A model generated the notes under the pieces. The model was not told where the DNA came from. It ran no database searches and was given only the letters and a program-made list of their open reading frames with translations. A DNA stretch of 20,000 nucleotides, taken from assembly GCA_036172245.1 (NCBI GenBank), contig JAYWIR010000136.1, forward strand, positions 55,045 to 75,044, given 5' to 3'. Below are positions 8,807 through 20,000 of the stretch, piece after piece (positions within the stretch are counted from its first letter, which is position 1; the number at the start of each line of letters is the position of its first letter). The position numbers and the translations under genes are program-made. Source of the stretch: Raillietiella orientalis. Lineage: Eukaryota.

Positions 8807-8970
8807 TGCCGGGAATAGCCTCTCGCCGTCGTCTTGTGAGCGCTTGTTGGAACGTGAACGGGCTAAGCGACGACGGCAAGAGGCGTGACGTAGCCGCCAC
8901 CCTGGCATCCTTCGACCTGGTGCTGCTGCAGAAGATCCACGTGATCTGTGCAGATCAAGCCCGGGAGATT
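8806..8970 (+). pseudogene. ORF2 start (first 55 aa of the APE endonuclease), copy D1
   Basis: MPGIASRRRLVSACWNVNGLSDDGKRRDVAATLASFDLVLLQKIH aligns with the EN of A. Confidence 0.9.
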
Positions 8971-9322
8971 TTCCACCCTGTCACGACGGGGCGTTTATTC
9001 CATATAACATAACGAAAAAAAGCAATTATACAAAATAAACCAATTGGGAACCAAACTCCCAACCGACGACTGAACAAGAATGAAGAGAATATTGCTGGCA
9101 CGGAGGCCAGAGTAACAGTTTCTTGAACGGAGTGGGGGGGCGGGAAACACAAAGAAACCAAAATAAATTGAAAACAATGAATAAGGAGGACGGGATAAGG
9201 GTCTTTGGGATCGCTCTGGAAGACACGGGGATAAAACCATGGGCACCGGAAATTTAACCGAGCGAACGGGGACGGGGTATGGGTGGACGAGAGGTCGCAG
9301 GGGTCACCGGATTACGCCGTAC

Positions 9323-12300
9323 TCAAAGGTGTGTAAATCGGTGATGTATGCCAGTGATGTCCTCATTCACCTTGTCACGAAGATGAGACCACCTTAAAGC
9401 CTTCTCCATGAATTGAGCTGCAAGCAGGTGAGCCTCCCTTCGCTGCGATGACAACTCCAGGGCGCAGCGAACCTTCACGATGGCGCGAACGCAACACATG
9501 GTTGCGACAATCGCGCCAACCGAAAGTCCATTTCTGCTGAAGAAGCGCCGCTGCACATCAATGGCAGTGCCTCCTTGTGGCATGATTGCCGAAGTGAGCC
9601 TTCGCCACAGTTCCCGGAGGTCACCGCAGTCCAGCAAAAGGTGCGGAAAAGACTCGATCTCTAGGCACCTTAAACAGTTTGGCAAAGCAGCTCCCCCGGA
9701 AAGCCATGCATTAATGTTCATGGGGCGGCAGGAGATCCAGCTTTGGGCTTCCAGCAGTGAGGACAGCTGCCTCAGCGGGAAGCCAAACCCTATTCTGGTG
9801 TGCCGAAAGTGGGGTAGCAACGAAAGCAGTCCCTCGCTTCTTGTGCAGCGCCTCAGTATAAGGCGTGCGGGTAAGCACCACGGCGTACACCACAGCTTGG
9901 CGCAGAGCCGCAGCATGCGAAACTGCACCTGCAGTTCGATGCTGTTTAAGTCGAGGATGCCCAATCCTGCATCCTGACGCGGCGCCACCAAGTCTTTAAG
10001 TCAAACACGGGATCTTGCAGCGCCCCACAACGCTTTGCGTAGAAGGCGCTGCGCCCAGACTTTGACTTCCTGGAGGGGTGGACAAACAAAAAACAGGGGA
10101 CGGAGGAGGGGGGCAACGAAGGTGTTCCAGATGCAGGCCCGTTCCGGCAAGACGAACTTGCCTCCTGAAAACGGGCCAAGTGCACACTCTGCCTTCCGAA
10201 GGCAGTCCGACCACGCTTTTGAGATGCAGAAGTCGCCCAACGGCACGCCAAGGTACCTGAGGTACCTGCCCGTGGGGATCCCCAGGTAGATCCAGTCGGA
10301 CTGCCCCTCCCACGTCGCACCCACCGGAACAACCATACACTTACTCCTGTTAACGCTCACGCCAGCACCGCGACGAATCAACTCAAAGAAGTCTTCAAGC
10401 GATGTCGCCGGGGTGGACATGGGCAACAGGAGAAGCAGGTCGTCGGCATAAGCTGCCACGGCCGGCGTACCTGGACAGGAGCTCGGCAGATTGGCTAGCG
10501 TCAGCCTGTAAGCCTCCAGCACCAATTCAAAATAGATGCTGAAGAGCAGTGGGCTTAAGCTGTCACCCTGCCTAATTCCTCGTCGTACCGGCACGCCGTA
10601 CACGCGACAGCCACTGAAAACAATGGATGTAATCGCGTGGCGCCAGCAGGAGCGCAAGTACGCCAACAGGGATGCCGGAAGTCCCAGAAGTTCCAAAAGC
10701 TCAAGAAGAAGCTTTTGGTTCACGCAATCGAAAGCTTTGTGCAGATCGACTGCAACCACCAAGGCTCCCGGTGTCTCCCTTTCCTTCCCGCGCCTCCGTC
10801 GGTGAGAGATCGAAGGCGTCGCTTCCGCACGACGATCCACCGTTACACGATGCTGCAATTGCAGCCATGTGCGGATGAACAAGAGATTCGCTTCCATGGA
10901 CCGACCAGGAACAGCGTACGTCTGCTCCGGACTTACCAAGGATTCCGCGATCCTACCCATCCGCGCCACCCAGAGTTTCGAGAACAACTTGACGTCCGAA
11001 TTCGCTAATGTGATCGGACGCCAGTTGTTCAGTTGGCGCAAATCTCCGCCTTTCGGCAGTAGACGCACCTTCGTTGAGCAAAACGAAACGGGGACATCGC
11101 CCGAGTCTCGCATCAGCGACGAAAGTTGGAGCACCAGGGGGATGAGCTCCGCCGCAAAAATCTGAAAGAATTCCGCGGGGAGCCCATCTTCGCCTGGCGC
11201 TTTTCGTATCTTGAGCCCCGAGATGGCCGAGGAAATTTCCTCTGCCGTGAAGGGCTTATCAAGACGCGCGCGTTCCTCCTCGTCTACAACAGGTGCGTCA
11301 ATCGGCAGAAACAGCCGGGAGAGGCTGCGTTCCGTCGGTGCCTCTGTATATAGAGAAGAGTATTGCGCCTGACTATCCGTCGCACGTCGGCTGGAGCCGA
11401 GCATTCCCGGTCCTGGTCGTCGAGCGGAACTGTCGCCCCTGACTGCAACACCTGGCGCTCGGCCTTGGCCTTGCACTCGGATAATCGTCCAACGTCCGCG
11501 AGCCTGGAAAAGGAGCGGGCCTGCAGAAAATCTCTGCTGTTGGCTGCACCCTATCCGAAGCCGCGCGGAAGCTGGTGCAAGGGAAACCGGCAGCAGAACT
11601 CGCGGACCGATCTTTTCAGATCGTCCCAGTCCTCGAGCTCACTTATGGCAAAGAACGAGGAGGTACTGGCGAAGATGCTCAGCCGCCTCTGGGTGGCTTA
11701 GCCAGTCTGCCGGCATCCTCCAAAAACAGTTTGGAGGCCCCTTGCCTGGCGGGAGCATCTCGAACTCGAGCCTGTTGTGGTCTGAAAGCACGGACGGCAC
11801 GGGACCTCTCCGACCCACTCGACAGAGCAAGTGTTCATCAAGGTATACGTGGTCCGGCGTTGCTGCCATAACAGGGTCGCTAGCGAACAAGTTGCACGCG
11901 TGCACGGACGTGCACATCTCATCCGCTAGCAACTTTTCTCTTTTGTGGGATCTATTCTCGGAAAGCAGGTGGACGTTAAAGTCCCCCGCAATGAGATGGG
12001 CCACAGTAGGGTGAGATCGATTGAGACACTGGCTTTGAAGGGAACCGAAGAACTCAATCCTTTCGGCCCTTCGTCCAGCACCGCTCGGCGCCTACATGTT
12101 GGTTACGACAAGGTCGATCGAGTCGGACCACTTGAGTACAAGCTGTCCCACTCGGCCTTCCGTGTCGAAACGAACGCTGCGCACCGTTCTTGCCAAAGTT
12201 CCTCGCACGAGGAAAGCGACGCCGCACGTACGTGCAACGCCGCACCTATAGAGTAGCGTTTCGCCCTCGCGCCGTTCGATTCCGGCGGCCTGCTCTCCGG

Positions 12301-12442
12301 AGATGCTGTGAATCTCCTGCAGGAGCGTCAAGTCGTAGGCGCGCAGAGCGTCAGCCACTAGTCGTCTCTTCTCCTCGTGTTGGAGCCCGTTCACGTTTTA
12401 AGACGTTACGGCAACACGACGAGAAGACGCGATTGCCCTCAT
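9323..12442 (-). pseudogene. ORF2 (APE endonuclease, RT, CCHC), copy E; stops, frameshifts and a C-terminal deletion
   Basis: Motifs *NVNGL (W to TAA at 12398-12400), LQEIH, AGDFN, SDH, PGEDGLP, WRPIT, DLHKAFD, RQGDSLSP, YADD, RYLG and CLRC-x7-H-x4-C. Confidence 0.94.
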
Positions 12443-13100
12443 CACGGCTGGGAAAGCGAGGCCGTGGTGCTCGCCTCACCAGGAGAGCGGGCAGTGAGCA
12501 GCACGACGGGCTGGAGGGCGCGGTCGCCACCGGCCTCAACTGTGCTGCACGTAATCGGGTGCTTCTTCCCGGGAGCAGAACCTGTGGGTTCCGGGGTGAG
12601 CACTCGCCGTTCCGCGGCGAGTGTGTCACGCCTCAGGGCTTCAGCCCTGCGGGCGCTCGCTCCCGCGCGAGTAACGCGTCGTTCAGCTGCGTTATCGGAC
12701 TCCTTTGCGGAGTCTGATGCTCGCACGATCGACGTGCAATTGCATCCGTCCGATTGCACTGGAATGGTCTTCTCGGCGGTCACAGAAGCGAACTTGCATG
12801 CGTTGAAGGCGCTGGCTTTTTCCTTGGAAGAGTCACAAGCCGCGCGTGTTTTCGTATTCCCCCGACTGCTTTTTCCTTTGGAAGAGCTCAGGGATGGAGG
12901 TTGCGGAGCTTTTTTTGGAGATTTTTCTTTCCTCCTCTCCACAACCTTCCATTCGACTTCGCGATTTTTGGAGGCTTCCGCGACACTAGTTGCGGAAACC
13001 TCCGGGATTTTCGCTGCGTTCTCTGGGGGTGTTGCTTTCGCTACGCCTTTCAAAGGCGGCAAAGGAGTCACCTTCTTGACAGTCGGGAAATGGCTCCTCT
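12442..13100 (-). pseudogene. ORF1 C-terminal low-complexity half, copy E
   Basis: Open K/A/S/P-rich frame ending LSQP-TGA, overlapping the ORF2 ATG. Confidence 0.78.
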
Positions 13101-13283
13101 CCTGCCGAGTCGGTGAACTTGCTTCGCGGCTCAAAGTATTGTGCGCTCGACAACTTAATCAGTTAATTGTGCTCGTGTGTGCCCGGAGAGAGGAATTTTT
13201 AAAAACGAAACTACAAAAGAAGCGCCGAGGAGATCGCGGCAAAAGACCTGCAGTGGTCCCGTGCAACAAGACCAGCTGCCAGG

Positions 13284-15069
13284 ATGCAGGCGCCTCGAGA
13301 AGGAGTGTATAGACCGTCCTTCCCCATGGAAGCCATGGAGGTGACGTGCGGCAACGGCTAGACGGTGGCAGGCATGCCGAGGATCGCGCCCGCGGCGTGC
13401 TTTGCTGCGCCGGCGGCGGCGATTCAAGGGTCGTGCCCGCGGCGACGACGGCGGAGGTCGTGCGCACGGCGGCGACGCCGAGGCTCGTGTTCGCGGCGGG
13501 TAAGGTCGCACCTGCGGCGGCGATGCCGAGGGTGCCGCCCGCGGTGGCAACGGTGGCGACGTCGAGGGTTGCGCTCGGAGCGGCGGCGTCCCAGGCAGGA
13601 CCCGCGGGCGTCCACGCGGTTCAGGGCGAGACGCCATCTTGTTCGGCTGCGGCGGCGCAGCCCTTTTCCTATGCGTCGGTGGCGGCTGGACAAGCGAGTG
13701 TCCACCCACCAAGAAAATTCGCGAAACCTCTATGCGGTAAAGTCCAAAAGGTGGATCGGCCGATCGTGGAGTTAGGGCCGAATGTGAAGCCCATCATTTT
13801 CAGGACTTAGCTGATCAAGTTCAGTAATATCAGGGAGGTGTATCTGTCCCTCGATAAGACGGATATCAATTTTGATCGCATACAGGCGATCATACCGGCA
13901 AATAACGGGTTCACAGTCTTCACAGACTGTGAAAATATTAGAGAGCGCTTGCTCCAGAAGGGGATCAATATACAAGGGAGGATGGTTTGTGGTGTTGACG
14001 AGATGCCATACACAACCGTGTTTCTGAACGGCATCTCCATCCTCATACCGCAACTAACGGTGTGGAACTTTTAGGAGCAGTATGGGGAAGTTGTGGACCT
14101 TGAATTCCAGAACTTCTCTGGAAATATATTTTCAGGCGACATGATCGCCAAAATGAAGTTGAAAGAGGGAGCTGTGATCCCTAAATTAGCCGTTCTTGAC
14201 GAACAATCCCTGGGAGTGAACGTGCGTTACCGGCAACAGCAGATATTCTGCACCGGGTGTAACAGTTCGGCCACAGGGCCGGCGCTTGCCCAACGAGTCG
14301 TTGTTTCCGCTGCGGCAAAGTAGGACATCAAGTCCGAAACTGCCCGCAGCCGGAGGTGTGCTCCTTCTGCAAGAAACACGGACATGCCAAATGGAGCTGT
14401 CCGGAGTTTGCAAACTGCAGAAGGATTCGAGGTCTCTCTCCTGTGAGAGAGAGAAACATCAAGGAGGCCAAACATCCTTAGAAGGCAGGAAGGCAGAAAA
14501 AAGTGAAGGAAGCCGTCCCGGTGTCGGCAAATGGCTTCATAGAAGTGGGAAAGAAGGTAAAGAGGGGGATGCTCGTCAAGGAGCAAGAAACTCCTCAAAT
14601 CCTGGAAGCAGCAGAGCATGAAGGCGAGAAGATAGAGGTAGCGCTGAAAGGCGCGAAGGAAGAGAGGCAAGAAGCCACTAAAGTGTCGCAGGAGGCTCTG
14701 CAGACTACGGAGGAGTTGGCAACACGGGCGGAAAAGATCATGGAGGTGCAGAGCGGTCCTCAGCAAGAGAAAATCTTGCAGAAGATCTGCACTGCACAAG
14801 AGAACATCAACCAGGTGGCGGAGGTCGCTGAACGCGAGAAGTTAGAGGAACAGCTTCTCGACGTGAAGGCGAACTTCTGCGGCAAGTTCGAGATAGAGGC
14901 GCTATCTCGAAAATTGATCGCGCAGGCGGAACACTTTACGGTGGAGGCGGAAATTACCGACCTCACAGGTACGGAGAGTGACGCCGGCAGCAAGAAGACC
15001 GCTGCTTCTTCATTGTCTCGGAGAGCACACTCTCTCAGACAGAAGAAGCTCAGGAAAGCCAAAGAATAG
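13284..15069 (+). pseudogene. ORF1 (Ala/Pro-rich N-terminus, SYASVAA motif, three CCHC knuckles, Glu/Lys-rich probable coiled-coil tail), copy G
   Basis: Knuckles CTGC..FGHRAGAC (frameshifted), CFRCGKVGHQVRNC and CSFCKKHGHAKWSC; several TAG stops; ends TAG 15067-15069. The start ATG (13284 or 13326) is uncertain. Confidence 0.87.
13374..13590 (+). repeat. Degenerate coding repeats (PRxxPAA-like units) in the ORF1 N-terminus; also at about 19011-19230 in H
   Basis: Recurring ccgaggg/atcgtgcccgcggcg-like units encoding PRIAPAA, PRLVFAA, PRVPPAV and SRVALGA. Confidence 0.65.
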
Positions 15070-15082
15070 GTCTTCCCCTTTT

Positions 15083-18000
15083 ATGGCCTCTTCCCTATCA
15101 ACCGCCAGGAGGATGAACATCGCCTCCTGGAACGTAAACGGTGTGTTCGACCAGGGAAAAAGAAGAAGGATTGTGCGGACCATCGCACAACAAGACATCG
15201 TGTGCCTGCAGGAGACCCACAGGATGGGTCTGGAGATAAGCCAGAGAATGGAACGGCGATTCAACGGGCAGATGGTCGTCAACGAATCAGAACGGAACAC
15301 GAAAAGTGTGGCGGTGCTAATAAAGAAGCACTTAGCCCTCACTATTCTGGGAGTGTTCTGTCCCCAACCCGGACGAATCATCGGCGTGCGACTGGCCTGT
15401 TTCGCGACTGTTCACCTTATCCTGGTGAACGTGTACGGGCCGCACAGGCTAAAACACCGTTGTGCGGAGGCGCTGCATGCAACACTCCGGCAAAAGGTCG
15501 CCCCTAAGGACGTCGTGATTGTTGCTTTCGATCTCAACATCTTGGATGAGATCATTCATTCGGAAGACGCCAGAGGAAGGACGGCGTATCGACGGCTATC
15601 CGAGGAGTTCGGACTGGTCTGGCGAACAGCAATCCACAAGCCAATCGATCACGTCCTGCACAGCACCGAACTTGGGAACCGCATCCAGGGGTTGCGCGAC
15701 ACTATGACTACGGTGTCCGATCACCCCCTGGTGCGGTTTTCCCTAAGAACGGAGAATCCTCGGCGGAGAAAAGGCACCAGGGCAGCGCTCATCAGCATGC
15801 CCGCCTGGTTCGAAACCCATCCCGGACATCAGGCTGTCCTGGAGGCGAATCTGAGGGCAACAACAATCCGAAGAGTCGCCAACTGGGACAGCCTGAAACA
15901 CAGGATACACCTGTTTGCGAACATGGAGTTCGGGGATAGGCGCTTGAGGCAAGAGGCGTACCGGGAGCTGAACATCCAAGATCGCTCCCTCTCAAAGTAC
16001 TTCGATCAGTACGAGAGTCTGTACTTTCTCAATAACATAAAAGGAGAAGTCGGCGTGCTGGAGAAGAGAAATCTGGCAACAGATATCTCCTGCATCCAAT
16101 ACGACGGCCAAAAGCGACAGTCGTCTGAGGACATCGTGGATGCCTTTCACAGGCATTACACGAAACACTTCAGGCGACAACAGCTGTGCCGCTCTAGTCA
16201 ACAGGCCTTCTTGAGCTATCTCCTGAAGAGGACCGACGACCTCCAGCGGAACAGACTGGAGGAAGAGTTCTCCGAAGAAGAGGTGAAGACTGCGTTTGGG
16301 CAACTTCGCAAGGACGTGGCAGCGGGCATTGACAGTGTACCCATCACGCACTATCAGCGGTAACTGCACGCCTACCTGCGCTTGTTCCACCAGTTGACCC
16401 TCTGCATCGGGGAAGAAGGCAGACTACCTCAGTCCTTCTACGAGAGTCGGATGAGATTGCTGAAGAAAGGAGGCGACTCTACCCAGATCGCCCAATGGAG
16501 GCCAATCCGGATTCTAAACTCCGATGCCAAGTGGTTGGCGAAGATCTGGTCTAACCGCTTAGGCAAGGTCATGTCGAGGCGGATCTCTCCGGTCCAGACA
16601 TGTGCAGTCCCAGGACGACACATGTCGGACAATGTGAAGTGTGCCCAGGCCACTGTTGGACTCAGTCGATACGTCGGCGAGAACCTTGTGCTGGTGTTCA
16701 CTGACATGGAGAAGGCCTTCGACTCCATCGACCAAGGGATGCTGCTGAAGGTTCTGGAGAAGATAGGGCTTCCGGAACACTTCAGCAACTTCGTGAGGGC
16801 GGTACTCCAGAACCAGTACTGCCGGATCAAGATCAACGGCCAGGAGACGGCAGCAATCAGGATGGAACGAGGAGTCCGACAGGGCGACTCGCTAAGTCCG
16901 ATGCTGTTCGTCATCTATATGGAGGCGTTGTCGTCCTTTATCGAGAAGAGCGGACTACTAAGCGGGATTACCATCGATAGCCAGCGTCTTACCCATCTGG
17001 CATACGCCGATGATCTAGTCTTCTTCATCAAGGGAGACAAAAATCAGCGTGCGTTTCTGGGTGTGGCGGCCCTGATGGAACAGGGCTTGGGCTTAAAAAT
17101 CAATTTCCAGAAGAGCCAGATTTTGCCCGTCGGAATACTGGATCTCTCCACTCTAACGGGTAGTGGATTCCGTACAGTGGACACGGCCAAGTAACTGGGA
17201 GTCTACATCGGCGACGGCTCTGCGTCGAAGCTGCTGTGGAAGGAAATCCTTAGGAAAACGGCCAAGGAAGCAGCAAAGTACACCCGAACGGACCTTGGGA
17301 TGAAGCGAAAGGCCAACATATGAAACGGAGTACTCCTTCCGAAAGTGCTCTTCGGGGCGGCCTTCGCGAGAATGAACAAGGACACTACTAGGGAGTTCGA
17401 CAAGCTGCAATGAAGAACACTCTGGGGCCACTATCGCCCAAGAGTAAGACTGAAACCCCTGTGTCGTCCCAGGGAAGAAGGCGGATCCGATATGAAGTCG
17501 CTTGCACATTCCATGGAAATCATGGATACGCGACACATCCTGGACATTGCCACTTACTGGGATGACTGGCCGTATGCGGCGCACAGGGCCTACGCGTTGT
17601 TGCTTAACAACTCGAAAGGCCTGATGACTGCGCTGCTAGGCAAAGTAGGGGAATGGATAACAATCGACCCGACCTGGAGGAGGAAGCAACGGCTGGTGCG
17701 GAAGCACCAAATCAAGATCGTACCGCGAAGCAGGGAACTCTGGCAGGACGGGTCCATCCTGGTGATCCCTTGGTTGCTTCCTGTCCCGCCGGACACGAGA
17801 AGCTGGATCTACCAGCGGACCAGAGTTACCCTACTGCAAATCCAGGAGTAAAGGCGAGGAGGCTACCTACATCAAACACGTATACTTCGGTATCCAGAGA
17901 TGATGTTAGGAAGGTTTACCCACAGGAACCGCGAAGTGTGGTTCAACTACAACGACTTCGCATGGTCAAGGGTAACCAGAACAAACCTCCGAAGGCTTAT

Positions 18001-18601
18001 CCAAGAAAACGACCATGACACCAGTGCCCTTTAAGAAGCCACCGAATGCTACGGAAGTGAACGGTTCAACCTGTTAGCGATCGGAACGACGCTCTGGAGG
18101 AGTGACCTTCCGCCGGGCACCCAGGATGACCTCCTGATGTTTTATCACGGAGGAATCCAGATTGGGTCCCGATTGCAGCACTTCACAGGAAGACGGGAAG
18201 ACCGAGACTGCGCAGCATGTGGAGACGACGACACGAGACTTCACCTCTTGACGTGTCCCACACTGCTGCATGACTGGCTGATCCTCAAAAAAATCATCGG
18301 ACTTACGAACAGATCCGTATTGGAGATCCTCGCCGGGATGTTTCAGGGGGATGGAAATGTTCCCTGTTACAATCCCATGGTGAGGACGACCATAGCCCTC
18401 TCCATCACCGCCATACTTGTGCGGTGGTGGAAAATGAGGAAAGCCAGGAGAGCCGCACCACCGATGGAGATCCTGCAAGGGCTCTCGAAGAGGGAAATCG
18501 GCATCAGGAACTGCAGGAAGATCCACGCCTGGACGTACAGATTCATCCTGAAGAGTATCCAGGACGACGCCCGGGACCATCCAGCTGGAATTCCTCCCTG
18601 A
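15083..18601 (+). pseudogene. ORF2 (APE endonuclease, RT, CCHC), copy G, with multiple stops
   Basis: Motifs SWNVNG, LQETH, NVYGP, IDH, SDHP, AGIDSVP, WRPI, DMEKAFD, GVRQGDSLSP, YADD, K*LG and CAAC-x7-H-x3-C. Stops include 16361-16363 and 17192-17194. Confidence 0.94.
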
Positions 18602-18735
18602 AAAGCAGAACTCTAGTGCAACCCAAGGACCCCCAAGTGCAAAATGTTTGTATTGAGTTAATGAGAGTGCGAATGTAAATTTTGTGTTTTTATATAAAAA
18701 TAAACTTACCCCACCGCTTGTGGGACTTGGGGAAA

Positions 18736-20000
18736 CCTGCCGAGTCGGTGAACTTGCTCTGCGGCTCAAAGTATTGTGCGCTTGACAAAGAAATCAGTTA
18801 ATTGTGCTCGTGTGTGCTTAGAGAGGGGAAGTTTTCCAGACGAAACTAAAAAAAAGAAGCCGCGAGGAGATCGCGGCAAAAGACCTGCAGTGGTCCCGTG
18901 CAGCAAGACCAGCTGCCAGGATGCAGGCACCTAGAGGAAGAATGGAGAGACCGTCGCCCCCCATGAAAGCCATGGAGGTAACGTGCGGCAACGGCGAGGC
19001 GGTGGCAGGCATACCGAAGATCGCGCCCGCCGCGGGCTTTGTGCGCCAGCGGCGGAGATGCCAAGGGTCGTGCCCGCGGCGACGACGGCGGAGGTCATGC
19101 TCGCGGCGGCAACGCCGAGGATCGTGCCCGCGGCGGGGAAGGTCGCGCCTGCGGCGGCGATGCCGAGGGTGCCGCCCGCGGCGGCAACGGTGGCGACGTC
19201 GAGGGTTGCGCTCGCGGCGGCGGCGTCCCAGGCAGGACCCGCGGGCGTCCACGCAGTTCAGGGCGAGACGCCATCTTGTTCGGCTGCGGCGGCGCAGCCC
19301 TTTTCCTATGCGTCGGTGGCGGCTGGACATGCGAGTGTCCACCCACCAAGAAAATTCGGGAAGCCGATATGCGGTAAAGTCCAAAAGGTGGATCGCCCGA
19401 TCGTGGAGTGAGGGTCGAATGTGAAGCCCATCATTTTCAAGACTGGGCTGATCAAGTTCAGTAATATCAGGGAGGTGTATCTGTCCCTCGATAAGACGGA
19501 TATCAATTTTGATCGCATACAGACGATCATACCGGCAAATAACGGGTTCACAGTCTTCACAGACTGTGAAAATATTAGAGAGCGATTGATCCAGAAGGGG
19601 ATCAACATACAAAAGAGGATAATTTGTGGTATTGGCGAAATGCCATACACAACCGTCTTTCTGAACGGCATCTCTATCCTCACACCGCAACTAACGATGT
19701 GGAACTTTTTGGAGCAGCATGGGGAAGTTCTGGACCTTGATTTCAAGAACTTCTCTAAAAATATATTTTCTGGCGACATGATCGCCAAAATGAAATTGAA
19801 AGAGGGAGCTGTGATCCCTGGAATAGCCGTTCTTGACGAACAATCCCAGGGAGTGAACGTGCGTCACCGGCAACAGCCGATATTCTCCACCGAGTGCAAG
19901 CAGTTCGGCCACAGGGCCGGCGCTTGCCCGACGTGTCGTTTTTTCCGCTGCGGAAAAGTAGGACATCAAGTCCGAAACTGCCCGCAGCCGGAGGTGTGCT
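18736..20000 (+). mobile_element. LINE copy H: tandem head-to-tail sibling of G (5' UTR plus ORF1 start), runs off the window
   Basis: Collinear with 13101-14361, roughly 90% identical by eye (5 differences in one sampled 60-bp line); starts with the same CCTGCCGAGTCGGTGAACTTGC. Confidence 0.93.
18921..20000 (+). pseudogene. ORF1 N-terminal part, copy H (frameshift, stop, decayed knuckles)
   Basis: Homologous to G ORF1; TGA 19409-19411; the first Cys of the knuckles is altered (STECKQFGHRAGAC, FFRCGKVGHQVRNC). Confidence 0.87.

Larger units (their letters stand above)
8410..8970 (+). mobile_element. LINE copy D1, right part (ORF1 C-terminus plus start of ORF2 EN), interrupted by the 3' end of E
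   Basis: In-frame continuation of D1 ORF1; TAATG junction; CWNVNGL...LLQKIH. Confidence 0.87.
8971..13100 (-). mobile_element. LINE copy E: ORF1 C-terminal half, degenerate ORF2 and 3' UTR; 5' side cut at copy G
   Basis: EN, RT and knuckle motifs on the minus strand; AATAAA at 8994-8999(-) and terminal hairpin 8974-8993. Confidence 0.92.
13101..18735 (+). mobile_element. LINE copy G: near full-length (about 5.6 kb) element of a second, more distant L1/Tx1-like family
   Basis: 5' UTR shared with H; ORF1; ORF2; short 3' UTR with AATAAA 18699-18704, hairpin and AAA. Confidence 0.93.

Noticed and set aside
6432..17194. Alternative genetic code (TAA/TAG read as sense)
   Set aside because: In-frame stops fall at positions expected to be Tyr, Trp, Gln or Glu inconsistently, they co-occur with frameshifts, and TAA, TAG and TGA all end ORFs normally.
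18705..18800. Self-cleaving ribozyme at the G/H junction or 5' end
   Set aside because: I could not find hammerhead (CTGANGA...GAAA) or HDV-like cores by eye. An Infernal/Rfam scan would be needed to exclude one.
13101..20000. The direct repeat at 13101 and 18736 read as the LTRs of an LTR retrotransposon
   Set aside because: The repeat runs more than 1.2 kb into ORF1 coding sequence. There are no TG..CA ends and I see no protease or integrase motifs; the element has APE-RT LINE architecture.
1..20000. Prokaryotic RT system (group II intron, retron, DGR, CRISPR-associated RT)
   Set aside because: YADD is shared, but the APE domain, CCHC ORF1, C-terminal knuckle and AATAAA ends are diagnostic of eukaryotic LINEs. 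No repeat-spacer array or cas gene is visible.
1..20000. HeT-A/TART-style telomeric retrotransposon array
   Set aside because: Orientations are mixed, insertions are nested, and no telomeric repeats are present.

Overview
The whole window is eukaryotic non-LTR retrotransposon (LINE) sequence of the L1/Tx1 type, with no recognisable host gene. The elements show a gag-like ORF1 with CCHC knuckles and an ORF2 with APE endonuclease, RT and a C-terminal CX2CX7HX4C knuckle. I resolve eight degenerate copies: A 1-1265(+), B 1270-4123(-), C 4124-4783(+), D1 4802-6155 plus 8410-8970(+), D2 6156-8405(+) nested in D1, E 8971-13100(-), G 13101-18735(+, near full length) and H 18736->20000(+, tandem sibling of G). 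They abut or interrupt one another with at most about 20 bp of unassigned DNA between them. Main observations: (i) LINE-into-LINE nesting, including one insertion with a 12-bp TSD whose removal restores the host ORF1 frame; (ii) a 3'-UTR RNA fold conserved by covariation across four diverged copies, with a CU(G/C)CG(U/C) hexaloop hairpin; (iii) 3' ends made of A(A/G)UAAA, a terminal hairpin and only 1-4 A instead of a poly(A) tail; (iv) overlapping TAATG/TGATG ORF1-stop/ORF2-start junctions; (v) head-to-tail 3'-to-5' joins. Host organism and family names cannot be determined from the sequence alone. All alignments were done by eye, so boundaries are approximate to within a few bp.
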